From assembly GCA_012295275.1 (NCBI GenBank), contig CM022677.1:27280001-27344000 (forward strand): a DNA stretch of 64,000 nucleotides, in the 5' to 3' direction. Positions 15,726-31,417 of the stretch are shown here, in pieces. Below the pieces are notes generated by a model. The model searched no databases. It was not told the origin of the DNA and worked only from the letters and a program-made list of their open reading frames with translations. Numbering within the stretch: position 1 is the stretch's first letter; every line of letters begins with the position of its first letter. A program made the position numbers and the translations under genes. The DNA comes from Chrysomallon squamiferum (Eukaryota; Animalia; Mollusca).

Positions 15726-16163
15726 TTTTTTAATTGTGTGTGACGTTATTGTTTTTCCCCAAAATACATTGTACGTAAAACCGCCATTTTTATTTTTATT
15801 TATTTATATTTTATTTTATTTATTTATTTATTTTTTTGTCTCCTAAAAGACGCAACTCGAACAAACGTGTATTAGAACAAATTAACTTTAGTCTTTAGCT
15901 CTATATAATATTTTATAATTATTTATAATAATTTTATAATTAATGTGATATTGGAATTTCATAGCTTGCAAATATATATATATATGTGTGTATGTATGTA
16001 TGTATGTATGTATGTATATGTATGCATATGTATACAAGAAAAATAATCGATGAAATTAACATTGAACATATACTTTTGAAAATACGAACTAAAATATGAA
16101 TCGCATTTTTGTTATGCGCGCACACACACACAAACACACGCACATTCACGTTCATTATCATTG

Positions 16164-16285
<122 letters not shown>

Positions 16286-16791
16286 CACTATGAGTCAGTA
16301 CACCAAGTTTAATTTTGACAAAATACATAAACACTACAAACACACACACACACACATGCACATAGGCACACACACACACACACCACACAGACACATGCAC
16401 GTCATACAAAAAAAAACATTAGACACAGAGACACAGACACAGACATACATACACACCACACATACACACACGTATACAAACACACACACACACACACACA
16501 CAAAACACACACACACACACACACACTATACATGACAGTTTGTCATGTTGCATATGCAAAATAAAATTTCAAACTGAACACATCGAGTTAACAAGCTGGA
16601 ATCTTCACCACTTTTCCAAGTCATTCGTATGAAATAATATTTTAACAAGGAATTTTACATACTAGTACTTATAACTGCAAGGAAATGTAGCTAATTAGTA
16701 AACAGTAACTGGAAGTTCATAAATATAATTACTAATAAAGACAACAATTAATTCATTAAATTGACTGACATAGATTAAATAAATATACACA

Positions 16792-16842
<51 letters not shown>

Positions 16843-17052
16843 TATTCCAAGTCTATCCCATTTTGATCCCTTAATTTATTTCACGTTCCAACAAGGGTTC
16901 CATTATGTTTGATAAAAATAGTAAATATTTCTATGTCAGATTTCCTGTCATTACAGTAGGTATCGGTTTAAACAACATTCTTAATGATATATAAAACGTA
17001 CGACTAGATACACTTCAACATTCTAGGTCACGTGACTGGTCAGTGAATCTCC

Positions 17053-18275
17053 ATAAACTAGAGTAATAGTACAGTGTTGTTACTTAAATAACACGTAATA
17101 AACTATAGTAATAGTACTACGTTGTTACGTAATTAACACGTAATAAACTATAGTAATAGTACAGTGTTGTTACGTAATTAATACGTAATAAACTATAGTA
17201 ATAGTACAGTGTTGTTACGTAATTAACACGTAATAAACTATAGTAATAGTACAGTGTTGTTACGTAATTAACACGTAATAAACTATAGTAATAGTACAGT
17301 GTTGTTACGTAATTAACACGTAATAAACTATAGTAATAGTACAGTGTTGTTACGTAATTAATACGTAATAAACTATAGTAATAGTACAGTGTTGTTACGT
17401 AATAAACTATAGTAATAGTACAGTGTTGTTACGTAATTAACACGTAATAAACTATAGTAATAGACCAGTGTTGTTACGTAATTAACACGTAATAAACTAT
17501 AGTAATAGTACAGTGTTGTTACGTAATAAACTATAGTAATAGTAGTGTTGTTACGTAATTAACACGTAATAAAATATAGTAATAGTACAGTGTTGTTACG
17601 TAATTAACACGTAATAAACTATAGTAATAGTACAATGTTGTTACGTAATAAACTATAGTAATAGTACAATGTTGTTACGAAATAAACTATAGTAATAGTA
17701 CAGTGTTGTTACGTAATAAAATATAGTAATAGTACAGTGTTGTTACGTAATTAACACGTAATAAACTATAGTAATAGTACAATGTTGTTACGTAATAAAC
17801 TATAGTAATAGTACAGTGTTGTTACGTAATAAACTATAGTAATAGTACAGTGTTGTTACATAATAAACTATAGTAATAGTACAGTGTTGTTACGTAATAA
17901 ACTATAGTAATAGTACAGTGTTGTTACGTAATTAACACGTAATAAACTATAGTAATAGTACAGTGTTGTTACGTAATTAACACGTAATAAACTATAGTAA
18001 TAGTACAATGTTGTTACGTAATAAACTATAGTAATAGTACAGTGTTGTTACGTAATAAACTATAGTAATAGTACAACGTTGTTACGTAATAAACTATAGT
18101 AATAGTACAGTGTTGTTACGTAATTAACACGTAATAAACTATAGTAATAGTACAATGTTGTTACGTAATAAACTATAGTAATAGTACAGTGTTGTTACGT
18201 AATAAACTATAGTAATAGTACAGTGTTGTTACGTAATTAACACGTAATAAACTACAGTAATAGTACAGTGTTGTT
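17053..18275. repeat. Dimorphic 45/34-bp minisatellite
   Basis: Unit TAAACTATAGTAATAGTACAGTGTTGTTACGTAA (34 bp) with or without TTAACACGTAA (11 bp); period 45 at 17221/17266 and period 34 at 17821/17855; roughly 30 near-identical units. Confidence 0.95.
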
Positions 18276-18675
18276 TCATCATCATCATCGTCATTATTAT
18301 GTTATGTTAGATTTTAATTTATTATTATTATTATTTTCTGTTTCAGTCGCTAGCAAAAAAAAAATAGCCTGTGAACTGTAAAACAATTCTACACTGAAAA
18401 AGACATTTTCAACCGAATACAAAAAAAAAGATACTGGAAACAAATAAAGGTAAAAAAAAAAAAAAAATAAAAAATAAAAAATAAAAACAAAAAGAAGAAG
18501 AAGAAGAAGTTTTCTAAAGAAAGATTTGATTTGTTCTTTTTTTTCCAGTTAACAACGAAGACGACAATGAAACATCAGCCACGCCAAATTAAACCAACTC
18601 AGTTACAAAATATTTGTCAATTACGCAAATTTTCCCTTCACATTTGTCGCATCACTGCGTACGTATTGGTCTGAC

Positions 18676-18718
<43 letters not shown>

Positions 18719-19160
18719 GTAAAGGTGTGAGTGAGTGTGTGTAAATATCTATTTTGTGTATATGTATATGTTTGTGTGTAAATATATATATGTATATGTT
18801 TGTGCATGCATGTATATATATATATATATAAATATATGTGTTTCTAATACGAATAAATATATATTGTTTATATATATATATATAAAGAAGTACAAATGAT
18901 ATCGAGTCTCTCTCTCTCTCACACACACGCATACATACACACGTATTTTTTACAAAAATACACACCAGAATACAACAACCGTAAATTCACAAATATTCAC
19001 ACATTAAAATGTAGAAACGTAAACAGATCGAAAAAAAACAAAAAAAAAAAAACAAGACAAAACAAACACGCATATAATGCTTATTTAGACAACGAAACGA
19101 AACCGAACCAAACCAGACCCTTTATTGCAATTAACGACACAATACGAAAAGGTTTTATAG

Positions 19161-19204
<44 letters not shown>

Positions 19205-19612
19205 TCGTCAGCTATATTTAGAACATTATTATAGCAAAGTGCGTAAACGTCACGCCTGCGCAGTTCGACTATGTGTGTACGTCACTTTACTATTCTAAAA
19301 CATTTCAATGTATCAGCAGTCGTTAATGGAGATGACAAAAGCGAGTGAAGCAAATAAAACAAAAGTAAATTTAGCTCAGTGTTTTATTGTAAGTATACGC
19401 GGGTGTTTGACGATGATGCAAAAGTCAACGATGCCAAGATGAATTCTACGAAATACCTCCGCCAGTTTGCCTCTCTATCTATCTATCTATGTCTATCTGT
19501 GTCTGTCTCTCTGTCTATCTGTCTATCTGTCTATCTATCTATCTATCTATCTCTGTCTATCTGTCTACCTACCTACATACCTATTCATTTGTCTGTTGAT
19601 TGTCTGTATGTC

Positions 19613-19796
<184 letters not shown>

Positions 19797-20005
19797 ATAT
19801 ATATATAATTAATTATCTTTCTGTCTTTCTGCTTGTCTCTCTGTCTTTTTATCTGTCCGTCTATATAAACTATCTGCCTATCTATCTATATATAATCTGT
19901 ATCTCTATTTATGCACCCAGTTACTTATCTATATCTCTATCTGTCTTTCTGTCTGTTTGTCTATCTGTCTCTATAACTGTCTGTCTGTCTGTCTGTCTGT
20001 CTGTG

Positions 20006-20330
20006 TAGCCTGGGCAGGCGCTACTATATAGGCAATCTACGCCACCGTCTAAGGCGCTGATTTCAGGAGGCCCATTTCTCCAAATCAGCGACAGTTTTGA
20101 AAAATAAATAAATACATTTCAGTTTCATTGAAACCAAACTGAGGGCGATAACTCCTCCTTAATTTAAATAGTATAAACAAGGAAAGAAATGGCGTCTGTG
20201 TGGGGGGTATTTAAATGTCCGTGACAGAAAAATCTCGAATAGGATGATGAAAATAAATATATATATTTTTTAAATATTGTTTATAAATTTTGAGAACTGA
20301 TATTTTTTCTGGAGGCGCCAGATATTGTGT
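20006..20330. mobile_element. Probable decayed MITE fragment
   Basis: GGGCAGGCGCTACTATATAGGCAA...GCCACCGTCTAAGGCGC and GGAGGCGCC resemble CAGGGCCGGC-type elements; ends not defined. Confidence 0.3.
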
Positions 20331-20336
20331 ATTCCT

Positions 20337-20415
<79 letters not shown>

Positions 20416-20968
20416 GAAAATAAAAAGAGAGAAACACAGAAACAGATATATGGAAGGAATAAACGAAAGCGAGAAGGACAGAGAAAATTAACCTGGGAGA
20501 GGTTAGAAGTAGTCGAAACTCTTACGTCATAAACGTACTTTAAATTCCTAGAAGTAGGTAACGTGGCCCAGTTAGTAACAACAGAACTATTCTGGTTGAG
20601 GCGGGGCGGGCGGGCGGGCGGGTGGCGGGGGGAGCAGCAAATCGAGGAGAGAATACAAAATAACGCTTCTCGCGTGAAGTGGCGAGATTTCACAATAGCT
20701 GTTCCAAAGAACGTGCAAGTCCCGTGGGACTGCTCAGCTGCCTGTGAATTTATTTCCTATCTCATTTGCCGAAGAGTTCGTTTCCTGTTCTTAAAATAGA
20801 ACCCCTCACTCTGCCGGAGAGGAACATCGGTGTCAGTCGGCAACAAACAAAAAAATAAAATAAAAAAATAAAAAAATAATAACTGTATAAAATAAGTAGG
20901 TGACAGCTTATATAGATGAGTTGTGTGTGTGTTTTTTAGTGTGTATGTGTGGGTGTATTCATGGGTGC

Positions 20969-21217
<249 letters not shown>

Positions 21218-21711
21218 ATGACGTACAAAGCGAGTGAAAGCTAAAGTATTTTTATGTGTGTGTTAGTAGTAATAATGATGGTAGAAGTAGTAGTAGTATG
21301 GTAGGACTAGAATTAGTAGAAGTAACTAGCAGTAATAGTAGTATAATAATAGTAATAGTCGTAGTAGCTGTAGTAGTAGTGGTCGTGATAATAATAAAGC
21401 ACATTTATCCAAATAATTTTTTTAAATTTTTTTTAAATTTTAAGAAGTAATAAAAAAAAAAAAAAAAAAAAAAAAAAATTAAATGATAAATAAATGAATG
21501 AATGAATAACAAGAATAAATAAATAAATAGTCGGACGCAGAAACAGACAGACAATCAGAGAGACAGACAGATAGATAGATGAATAAAAGTAATAAACCTT
21601 CCAAAGTTATCCACTGAAAACTTCAAAACTTTTGAATGATTTTACCAACAGACAAGAAATCTAATTTAAAAAAAACAAACAAAAAAAAAAAGAACAAAAG
21701 AAAGATAAATA

Positions 21712-22611
21712 CAACCAAACATGAAACCTAGTTTAAAAAACAAACAAGAAAGAAAGAAAAAAAAACAAACACGAAACCTAGTTTAAAAAACAAACAAGAA
21801 AGAAAGAAAGAAAAACAAACACGAAACCTAGTTTAAAAAACAAACAAGAAAGAAAAAAAGAAAAACAAACATGAAACCTAGTTTAAAAAAAACAAACAAG
21901 AAAAAAAAAGAAAAACAAACATGAAACCTAGTTTAACAAACAAACAAGAAAGAAAGAAAAAAGAAAAACAAACATGAAACCTAGTTTAACATTACAAATA
22001 AGAAAGAAATAAATAAACGAACATGAAACCTAGTTTAAAATTACATACAAGAAATAAATTTAAAAAACCCCAACATAAAACCTAGTTTAAAACTACAAAC
22101 AAGAAAGAAAGAAAAAACAAACATCAAACCTAGTTGAAAACTACAAACAAGAAAGAAAGAAAAAACCAAACATGAAACCTAGTTTCAAAATCAAACAAAC
22201 ACGAAAGAAAGGAAGAAAGAAAAACAAACATGAAACCTAGTTTAACAAACAAACAAGAAAGAAAGAAATGAAAAACAACCACGAAATCTAGTTTAAAATT
22301 ACAAACAAGAAATAAATAAATAAATAAAAAACAAACACGAAACCTAGTTTAAAACTACAACCAAGAAATAAATAAATAAATAAAAAACAAACACGAAACC
22401 TAGTTTAAAACTACAAACAAGAAAGAAATAAATAAAAAACAAACATGAAACCTAGTTCAAAATTACAAACAAGAAAGAAAGAAAGAAAGGAAGATAGAAA
22501 AACAAACATGAAACCTAGTTTCAAAAACAAACAAGAAAGAAAGAAAGAAAGAAAGAAAGAAATAAATAAAAGAAAAACAAACATGAAACCAAGTTTCAAA
22601 AACAAACAAAC

Positions 22612-22643
<32 letters not shown>

Positions 22644-22690
22644 AAAACAAACATGAAACCTAGTTCAAAATTACAAACAAGAAAGAACGT
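21712..22690. repeat. Minisatellite with conserved core AAACAYGAAACCTAGTTT and variable (GAAA)n/(AAAT)n linkers
   Basis: About 18 cores spaced about 48-75 bp apart. Confidence 0.9.
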
Positions 22691-23436
22691 AAAAAAAGGA
22701 ATCCACAGGAAAAAATTCGACAAACACTGTGAGTAGAAAGTTTGTCGTTGGAGTTGACACATAGTTAACATAGAGAAGCGATTTTGACGTCTCTTTCTAC
22801 TTTAATGAGGCTTGAATCGCCAATTTCTGTAGTTCGTTCATCGAATACGTCATCCACAGCGTCGTTACTGCGCCTACGACACGTGCACTATAACTACGAA
22901 GTACACAAAGAACAGAGCAACGAAAAAAAATATGAAGTAATCGAGAGTGAAAGAAATTTAAAAAAAAAGGATGAAAAAAAAAAGATAATAAAATAAATTT
23001 TGGGAATGAAATAGATAAACACGATAAAATGTGTCAAAAGAGAAACAGAGTAATATAAGGATAGATAAATAGATAAATAGATAGATAAATAGGTAGATAG
23101 ATAGATAGAATGATATATAGATAGACAAAGAGATAAATAAATAGACATGTAGATAGAAACATATTTAGATATATAGTTAGACAGATAGATAGATTTATAG
23201 ATAAATAGATCGATCGATAGATAGATAGATTGATAACTAGGTAGATAGATAGATATTTAGATAGATAGAGAGACAGATAGAAAGATTTATAGATAAATTA
23301 AAAGGAAGATAGATAGATAGATAGATAAGTAGGTAAATAAATAGATAGATAGACAGACAGACAGACAGATAGGTAGTCAGTCGGATAAATAGTCATTTCA
23401 CAAATAGAAAAATAGAAACACAGATATACAGACATA

Positions 23437-23583
<147 letters not shown>

Positions 23584-23655
23584 CAGAGAGAGAGACAGAG
23601 AGAAACAGAGAGACAGAGAGAGAGAGAAATAGAAACACAGATATACAGATATAAC

Positions 23656-23732
<77 letters not shown>

Positions 23733-24417
23733 GAAAAAAAAGGAGGAAAATTAATTACAGTGAAAGAAAATGGACACACCCAACCACACCACAAAAAAAA
23801 AAAAAAAAAAAAAGTTACACAAGAAGACGAAAAAACGAAATACAAATTAAAACGAAAGATAGAAAAAAAAGAGAGAAAATATATTTATTAACATTTATTT
23901 TATCGGATCAAAATGATGATTCTTCATTCATACACTCTTTCATTCGTTCCTTTATTTATTCTTTCTTTAATTCGTTAAATCACTCTTCCACTCACTCGCA
24001 TACTCACAAACTCACTCACTTAAATACTCTATCATTTCCTCACTTAAAATATTCACGTATACTCCACATTTTATTACAAAAGACCTTTTTGGATGAAAAG
24101 TTTAATTTTTCAAAAATGAAAAAAAAAAAAAAAAAAGAAAGAAAAGAGTTATTTCTCGAGAAAGTGAAATGTTCGTTCCACAATGTTATTAACACTTGCA
24201 GAACCATGCTCTGTATTCTGTGAGCGACTGCTAAAAACCCAAAAAAACGCCATGTTTAACTCGGAATTAAAATCAAATAGAGAAATTACTAACCAGAGGA
24301 ATTTATTCCCCGGGCAAAACGTCATCAAGTTCAGTGAGATTAGTCGTGGAAGAAAGTGAAGCTATTGTAGCGAGGTGGCGACTTCGTCACGTCAAACATT
24401 TGTACATTTTATTATGT

Positions 24418-24506
<89 letters not shown>

Positions 24507-24635
24507 GTGTGTTTCTTTCTCTTTCTCTCTCTCTGTCTCTCTGTCTCTTTCTCTCTCACTATCTCTGTCTTTGTCTCTCTCTGTGTGTCTCTTTCGCTTT
24601 ATATCTCTCTCACTCTCTCTCTGTCTCTCTTTCTC

Positions 24636-24775
<140 letters not shown>

Positions 24776-25245
24776 CCTCTGTTTTGTTCTCTCTTTCTTT
24801 CTGTTTTTGTTCTCTCTCTCTCGTCTCTATTTTTCTCTGTTTCCCAGTTTCTCTCAAGCTCCATTTACTTCTTATCTTTTTTCTTTATTTTTTTCTCTAT
24901 CTTTCTGCCTTTCTGTCTCTGTTTTTCTCTCTGTCTCTAACTTTCTCTTTACTCTGTCTCATTTCATATGTTTTCTTTCTCTTCTATCGACTATCCTTCG
25001 CTTTCTCTCATTTTTTTTTTTTTTTTTTTAATGAATTTATAAATTATTTTATTTTTCAAAACGAAATTCTCTCAATCGTAAAAACAATTTTACGGTTTAA
25101 ACAAAGTTTTTAACGAAATTGTTAGAAACCATTGATCAGTTTTCTGCTTTCTGCAACGCAGTAACCACACCGATAATGACAGCGATGATGATGATTGTAA
25201 TGCTGTTGGTAATGATGATGATGTTGATAATTCTAACATTGACAT

Positions 25246-25281
<36 letters not shown>

Positions 25282-25517
25282 GTAACAACAGTAACAACAG
25301 TAACAACAACAACAACAACAACAACAAGATGATGATGATTATAATAAATAAATAAAAAATTAATTAAATAAATAGAACAAAACAAATTATAAAAATTGTT
25401 GTCCAGCTACATCTGAACTTCGTTTAGAACATTTGTTTCATAACTTCATATAAAAGTTGAAATAATGACGATGATAATACTAATAATAAAATAAAAATAC
25501 GAAGACAATAATAATAA

Positions 25518-25555
<38 letters not shown>

Positions 25556-25679
25556 ATGATAACAATACTAACGATGATGGCATTAACATGATGTTGATGA
25601 TGAAGAAGAATAAGATGACAATAATAAAAGTAATATTAGTAGTAGTAGCAGTAATAATGTCGCTGTTGTAGTAAAAACT

Positions 25680-25758
<79 letters not shown>

Positions 25759-25772
25759 AGGGAGAGAGAGAT

Positions 25773-25827
<55 letters not shown>

Positions 25828-25894
25828 GAAAGAGAGAGAAAGTTCTGAGAACAACGACGACAACGACATCATCAAAAAATAAAAAATATCTTAC

Positions 25895-25958
25895 CCGCTA
25901 CGGCTACCGTGCTGACAATGAGGACACAAATAAAAGCGACCATCACAGAAACTGCCAT
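25895..25958 (-). CDS. Candidate first coding exon encoding a signal peptide; downstream exons unresolved
   Basis: CAAAATGG start, MAVSVMVAFICVLIVSTVAVA + G, then a strong phase-1 donor G|GTAAGA. A CpG-rich promoter-like segment lies upstream at about 26150-26340. Confidence 0.5.
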
Positions 25959-26149
25959 TTTGAAATTATTTTGTTATTTTTTTTTTTTTTAAATTTTTTT
26001 TTTTTTTTGAACAATCACGACTGTTTAAAATCTACAAAGTTTCGCCGATTCTCTTCGTGGGCAAAAAAAATTTCTACTCGTACTTTGACTTCAAACACAA
26101 ACCGCCTCAACTAGCAAAGCTGGAGAGTCCTTTTATATACATACACGCT

Positions 26150-26244
26150 TGCAAACTTTGGTGACAGACGATTTAATTGGCGATGCGCCTGCGCAGTCGG
26201 GTTCTGGTGGAGTGTCAACGTTAGAAGTGACGTGTAAAAGAAAC

Positions 26245-26280
<36 letters not shown>

Positions 26281-26340
26281 CCTGCGCAGCCGCAGTCCGC
26301 GTAGTTCGACGTCTGATTCGACGACTGCAAGTCTCGTTAA
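26150..26340 (-). promoter_or_regulatory. CpG-rich promoter-like island with NRF1-like GCGCCTGCGCA motif
   Basis: Local CpG density, TGCGCCTGCGCA near 26184 and CCTGCGCA at 26281; about 200 bp upstream of the candidate signal-peptide exon. Confidence 0.4.
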
Positions 26341-26419
26341 TTATGTTGGATGAGGTTTTTAAACCAGAATATGAAAGATCAATAAAAGATTTATTGTAAA
26401 CGAAAATATTCACAGGGTG

Positions 26420-26450
<31 letters not shown>

Positions 26451-26746
26451 CAACGTGAAATAAAGAACGAAAGAATCACGCCGTTTATCCCGAAAAACGT
26501 GAAATAATAATAATTAATAAAAAATAAAAAAAAAAAAAAAAAAAATCACGAAATGTTTTCGAAAACGTGAATCACGCCGGTGGAAAACTTTGGACAAACA
26601 TAATTTTTTTTTTTTATATTTTTTTTTTTTATTTATTTTTTTTTTTTATTTTTTTTTTTTTCGCTGATTTTCATCGTGTGCTTCACACCCGATTGACTTC
26701 TTCTTCGGTTTGTTTATTTATTTTCGTTTTTAATTATTATTCCCTC

Positions 26747-26786
<40 letters not shown>

Positions 26787-27195
26787 TAACCCCCCAGCCC
26801 CTCCCGCAGTTAATCACTTAAAGTAACGGGGAAAACGACGTCATTTACGTCGGTGTGTAAAGGACGATGCGTAAAGCATGCAAAATGGAGTCGATTGAGA
26901 CACACGCGCTACTGAAATAGACATCCGTAATCTGCCAAATGCGCGGACTCTCGCACGTAACAATTACTTAACGAGATTTCATTGTAATTAATAATCGCGC
27001 TGGAATCAGCTGCTTTCTGGTCCAAGGTGTAATTAAATACAGAAATTCAGTGACGTTAGTCAAACAGAGAGTGAGACAGGACAAGCAGAAAACACATGTC
27101 GCTGTTTTTCTGTCTCTCTCTCTCTCTCTCTCTCTCTCCCGTCCCGCTGGTTCTTGTACAAGTGTGGAAATGAATGAGGAATATTAAATAAATTA

Positions 27196-27274
<79 letters not shown>

Positions 27275-28181
27275 ATATTAATAATAACAACAACGACGAT
27301 GATGATAATGATAAAAACAATAATAATAATAATAATAAAATTAAATTTCACTTTGAAATCCTTATCTATAAAAAACGAAGAAAAATATCGTACATAAATA
27401 TATAAACATACGTACATACATATATACATACATTTATATATTTATATATACATTACGAAAACATATATACATGAATATATGCATAGGTCCCCACATACAC
27501 TCATATATATTATATGTGCGTATGCGTATGTGTGTGTATATACTCACATTATACAGATATACACATACATAACACACATACACACATACACAAATAATCA
27601 AAAAATACATACACACGTACATATGTACGTACATACACAGAGGAACACATATACTCACACGTACATTCTAGAAAGTATGAAATTTGATTTGAGCTAATGA
27701 AAATTTACTGGGAAACAGTACAGACGATGTTATTGGTTACATGGGAATTTCGAAACGTTTTATTCTAAACATAAAATCATTACAGTGTTTAGTCTCCCTG
27801 TCCGCCTATTTGTCTAGTCATAACCCCCACCCCCAAACATATATTGTCTTTATTTATTTAATTAATTAATTTGTTTGCTACTAGAACTACTGCTTGTCCT
27901 GTTATTGCTGCTACTAGTATTAGTACTACTGTTAATTATTTATTCTTGATGTTGGTGTTGTTGGTATTATCATTTTATTATTATTGTTTCATTTTTTTTT
28001 TCATTATTATCAGTAGTAGCTACAACGAACGTATTAGTTGCAAAACATTTGGTTTAAATTTACATTCTTACAATCCTAACATTCCAAAATATTTTCTTCT
28101 TATTATTATTACTACTACTACTACTACTGTTGTTGTTGTTGTTGTTGTTGTGGCTGTTGTTATTATTATTATTATTATTAT

Positions 28182-28228
<47 letters not shown>

Positions 28229-28888
28229 ATTGCTATTATTATTATTATTATTAGTTTTAGATAAAATGAAATTATCCTATTAGTTTAAATTTATTTTCTT
28301 ATAAACATTTCATACCAGATTTAATGTCCTACTCCTTCTTCTTATTATTATTTTCAACTAAACAATTAATATTGCTATGTTTTTGTTACACAGTAATACT
28401 ACTACTAGATATACTAGTGTGTATAAGATACTAGTGTGTACAGTACTACTACTACATATATGCTCCGACTTGCGTAGACTTTTGAAGACCAAGCCATCTA
28501 CAAAAGTCAGGGACGGAATACATGACCAAAACCATAATCTGACTGAACTGACTTAAACAAGGGAACGACTGTAAAAACGCCAAAGAGATCTAAAATGACG
28601 ATTCACTTTTAGAATATCTTTAGAATATCCAAATTTTCAGCACGTGCAATATATAGCAATAGATCGTAAGATTGCAATATATATATATATATATATATAG
28701 CTGAAAGAACCTAACCTGTCTTTTCTATTTTTGAATATAAAATAATTACAAAAAACTATATACTAACAAAGGTAAGTAAAATAGTTTTTGTGGTCTACTG
28801 TTGTTTGTAGTAACTAACAGATCATAATTAATATCACATTTATATATATATATAACTGTTGGAATAATATATCTATCAGTTCCTTAAC

Positions 28889-28980
<92 letters not shown>

Positions 28981-31363
28981 TACACTTATTGATTACCTTC
29001 CGTTGTTTCCACAGTAGTCACGTAAAAACATTATTGACGTCAATTCATAATTATGACGTCATCGCTTCGAGTTCGTGCTCAACATCGGTGATTTAGTGAC
29101 GATAAAAAGGTTTTTAGTATTTGGTAACGATACTTGATTTAAAAAGATATCTAATTTGATTAATTTTAATAAATCCAAATTTCATATACCATTCATCCAA
29201 TCAATGTTTCTTTTTAAAATTATTAATTTACAATTATCTTGTTTCTTTTCATTATTCTTCTTTCTATAGCAATGCTAAAGCCTTTTTATTTTTTTTTTTT
29301 TTTTTTTTTTTTGAATTGTCTATTAAACATGAATTTTATACCAATTAAAAGAAAACCAATCCCAAATATAAACACAGTAAAAAAAAAAAAAAAAACACCT
29401 TTTAATAATATAAAATATATCGTATTTCAAAGGTTACAAAAATCCATTTTCCGTTGTTTTATCAGGTTTTTTTTGTTTTTTTTTGCAAAAAATCATTAGC
29501 ATGCACCAATGATCTTTTTAAAGATAAAAAATAGGAAACTCATTGTTTGTATATACATAATACATGTTTTAGAAGTTGAAAGCTTTTTTTTTTTTTAACG
29601 AAAAAGAGTGAAAATTTAATTTTTAATAAATGTTTTTATAAGGCCGGTTGAAGGACTTTTATTTTTTTTTTTTTTTTTAATTTTCTATTGTAAAACTGAT
29701 TATAATGACTGTATCAAGGCAGTCATTCAAATAACACGTGATCAGTTTGCTTTTTTATGTAAATACGACCTCTAATGCATTGAAAATGGAAATAAATAAA
29801 TAAATATATATAAAAAGAGAATTATAATGGTTTCAAGTATCGTTTTACAATTTCGTACTCAGAACTGTCTGCTATGGAGTTTTAGTAGAGTAACATGTCC
29901 ACATTATGGTATAATGAGAATAGTCATCTTCATAATTCACGCGCAAGTGTCTGTGAAAATTATTTTATTTTATTTTATTTTATTATTGATTTATTTTTAG
30001 GCTGGCGACGTCGTAATAACATCTGAAAAAAATATAAAGTACGAAACGTGTACGAGATGGTATGATGTCAAAGTTAACAACCCCCACCAAAAAAAAAAAA
30101 CAAAGGTTTCGACCATTGCAGCAATTTCTACTCAATAATAGACATCTATGTATACGAGGCATTAATTAAATGACATATTTCCCAAAATTACTTTTAATAA
30201 TACATGTAGAATTGATTGCATTGTGACGGAATACGTATTTAAAAGTTTGTAAACACTAATCGGCGTTCGACGCTGCCATATTTGATTTCGATCGGAAATT
30301 TCCGTAAACTCACGGAAAGTTTTGAACTCCATTTTTCTGAACTTTTTATGATTTACACTGATAACGGTAAGGATGGTTGTTCATATTACCAAATCATGAT
30401 GTCGCGCGCATTTTCTAACTACTTCTAGAACTTGATCAAACTTTTCAAACATTAAGGGATTGTTTGTAACTATTAAATAGACGAAATTTCTTGAGGCTTT
30501 TTGCCGTGACATAATTTGTGCCGTTACGAGTTATCGTTCCTGTTGGTCCATGCTACTTAAGTCACCAAAAACTTATTTCAAGAGATATCTTTATTACATT
30601 TGCATAATCTGTTCATTAAAATTCTAATTTTTTTTAATTTTATGAATCCTTAAATATAGGCAGACTTACTGAGCTGAATTTGTTTCAGGCCTGTTTCCAC
30701 AGACAAATGAACATGAGATCATTGCTAAATATGAGTTGTCGTTCCTGAGTGTTTATTTTTATTGAAGACTATTTAACAGTAAATACGGGCTGTATTCGTT
30801 TCATTTAGACCGTCTATTCAACGTATTTTCGTTTGTTTTTTGTTTTGTTTTGGGTATTTTTACATTTATTTTTCGAATATTCATTTATCATTTTTACCAA
30901 TTTCGCCGTTTCGCTTTAACAAATAAACTGATGTTTGATTTTAAACATATAGTAAATATACGTAACATTTTCAGGTTGTGAATTTTGCTCAATAATAAAA
31001 AAAACAAAAACAACAAAACAAAAAGTTGCACTTGCCCATAGCTATTATTCTTCTATTTTGTTATTATAACTGTTCATTTTATCTTTTACAAATTAATTCT
31101 GTACATATAGCAACTCAGTGATTTTATTTAAAAATGACTAGCACATTAAAGATTCAACTAGGTTGAAAACATCTTCGATGTTGCTTCATAATGAAGAAAA
31201 TAAAAATGAAAATAATTATTTTTTTTTAAATTAAAAAAGCAACATTACAAATGTTAAAAATGTTTAATCATTGAAATATCATAATTTTTTATTAAAATAT
31301 AGATATTATAAAATAAAATAATAATTATCAGTTGAAATAGGGGGTTTTAAAACACACACACTC

Positions 31364-31417
<54 letters not shown>

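Noticed and set aside
21712-22690. CRISPR-like look (conserved core with variable spacers)
   Set aside because: Spacers are mutually similar low-complexity GAAA/AAAT runs, there are no cas genes, and the context is eukaryotic.
30714-30736. TGAGATCATTG resembling the bantam miRNA 5' end
   Set aside because: The 3' half diverges, no complementary hairpin arm is present, and the context looks like a TE remnant.
28440-30760. Possible Helitron/HINE-like remnants (AGGGAACGAC, GAGTTATCGTTCCT motifs)
   Set aside because: Ends, hairpin and insertion site could not be defined by eye.
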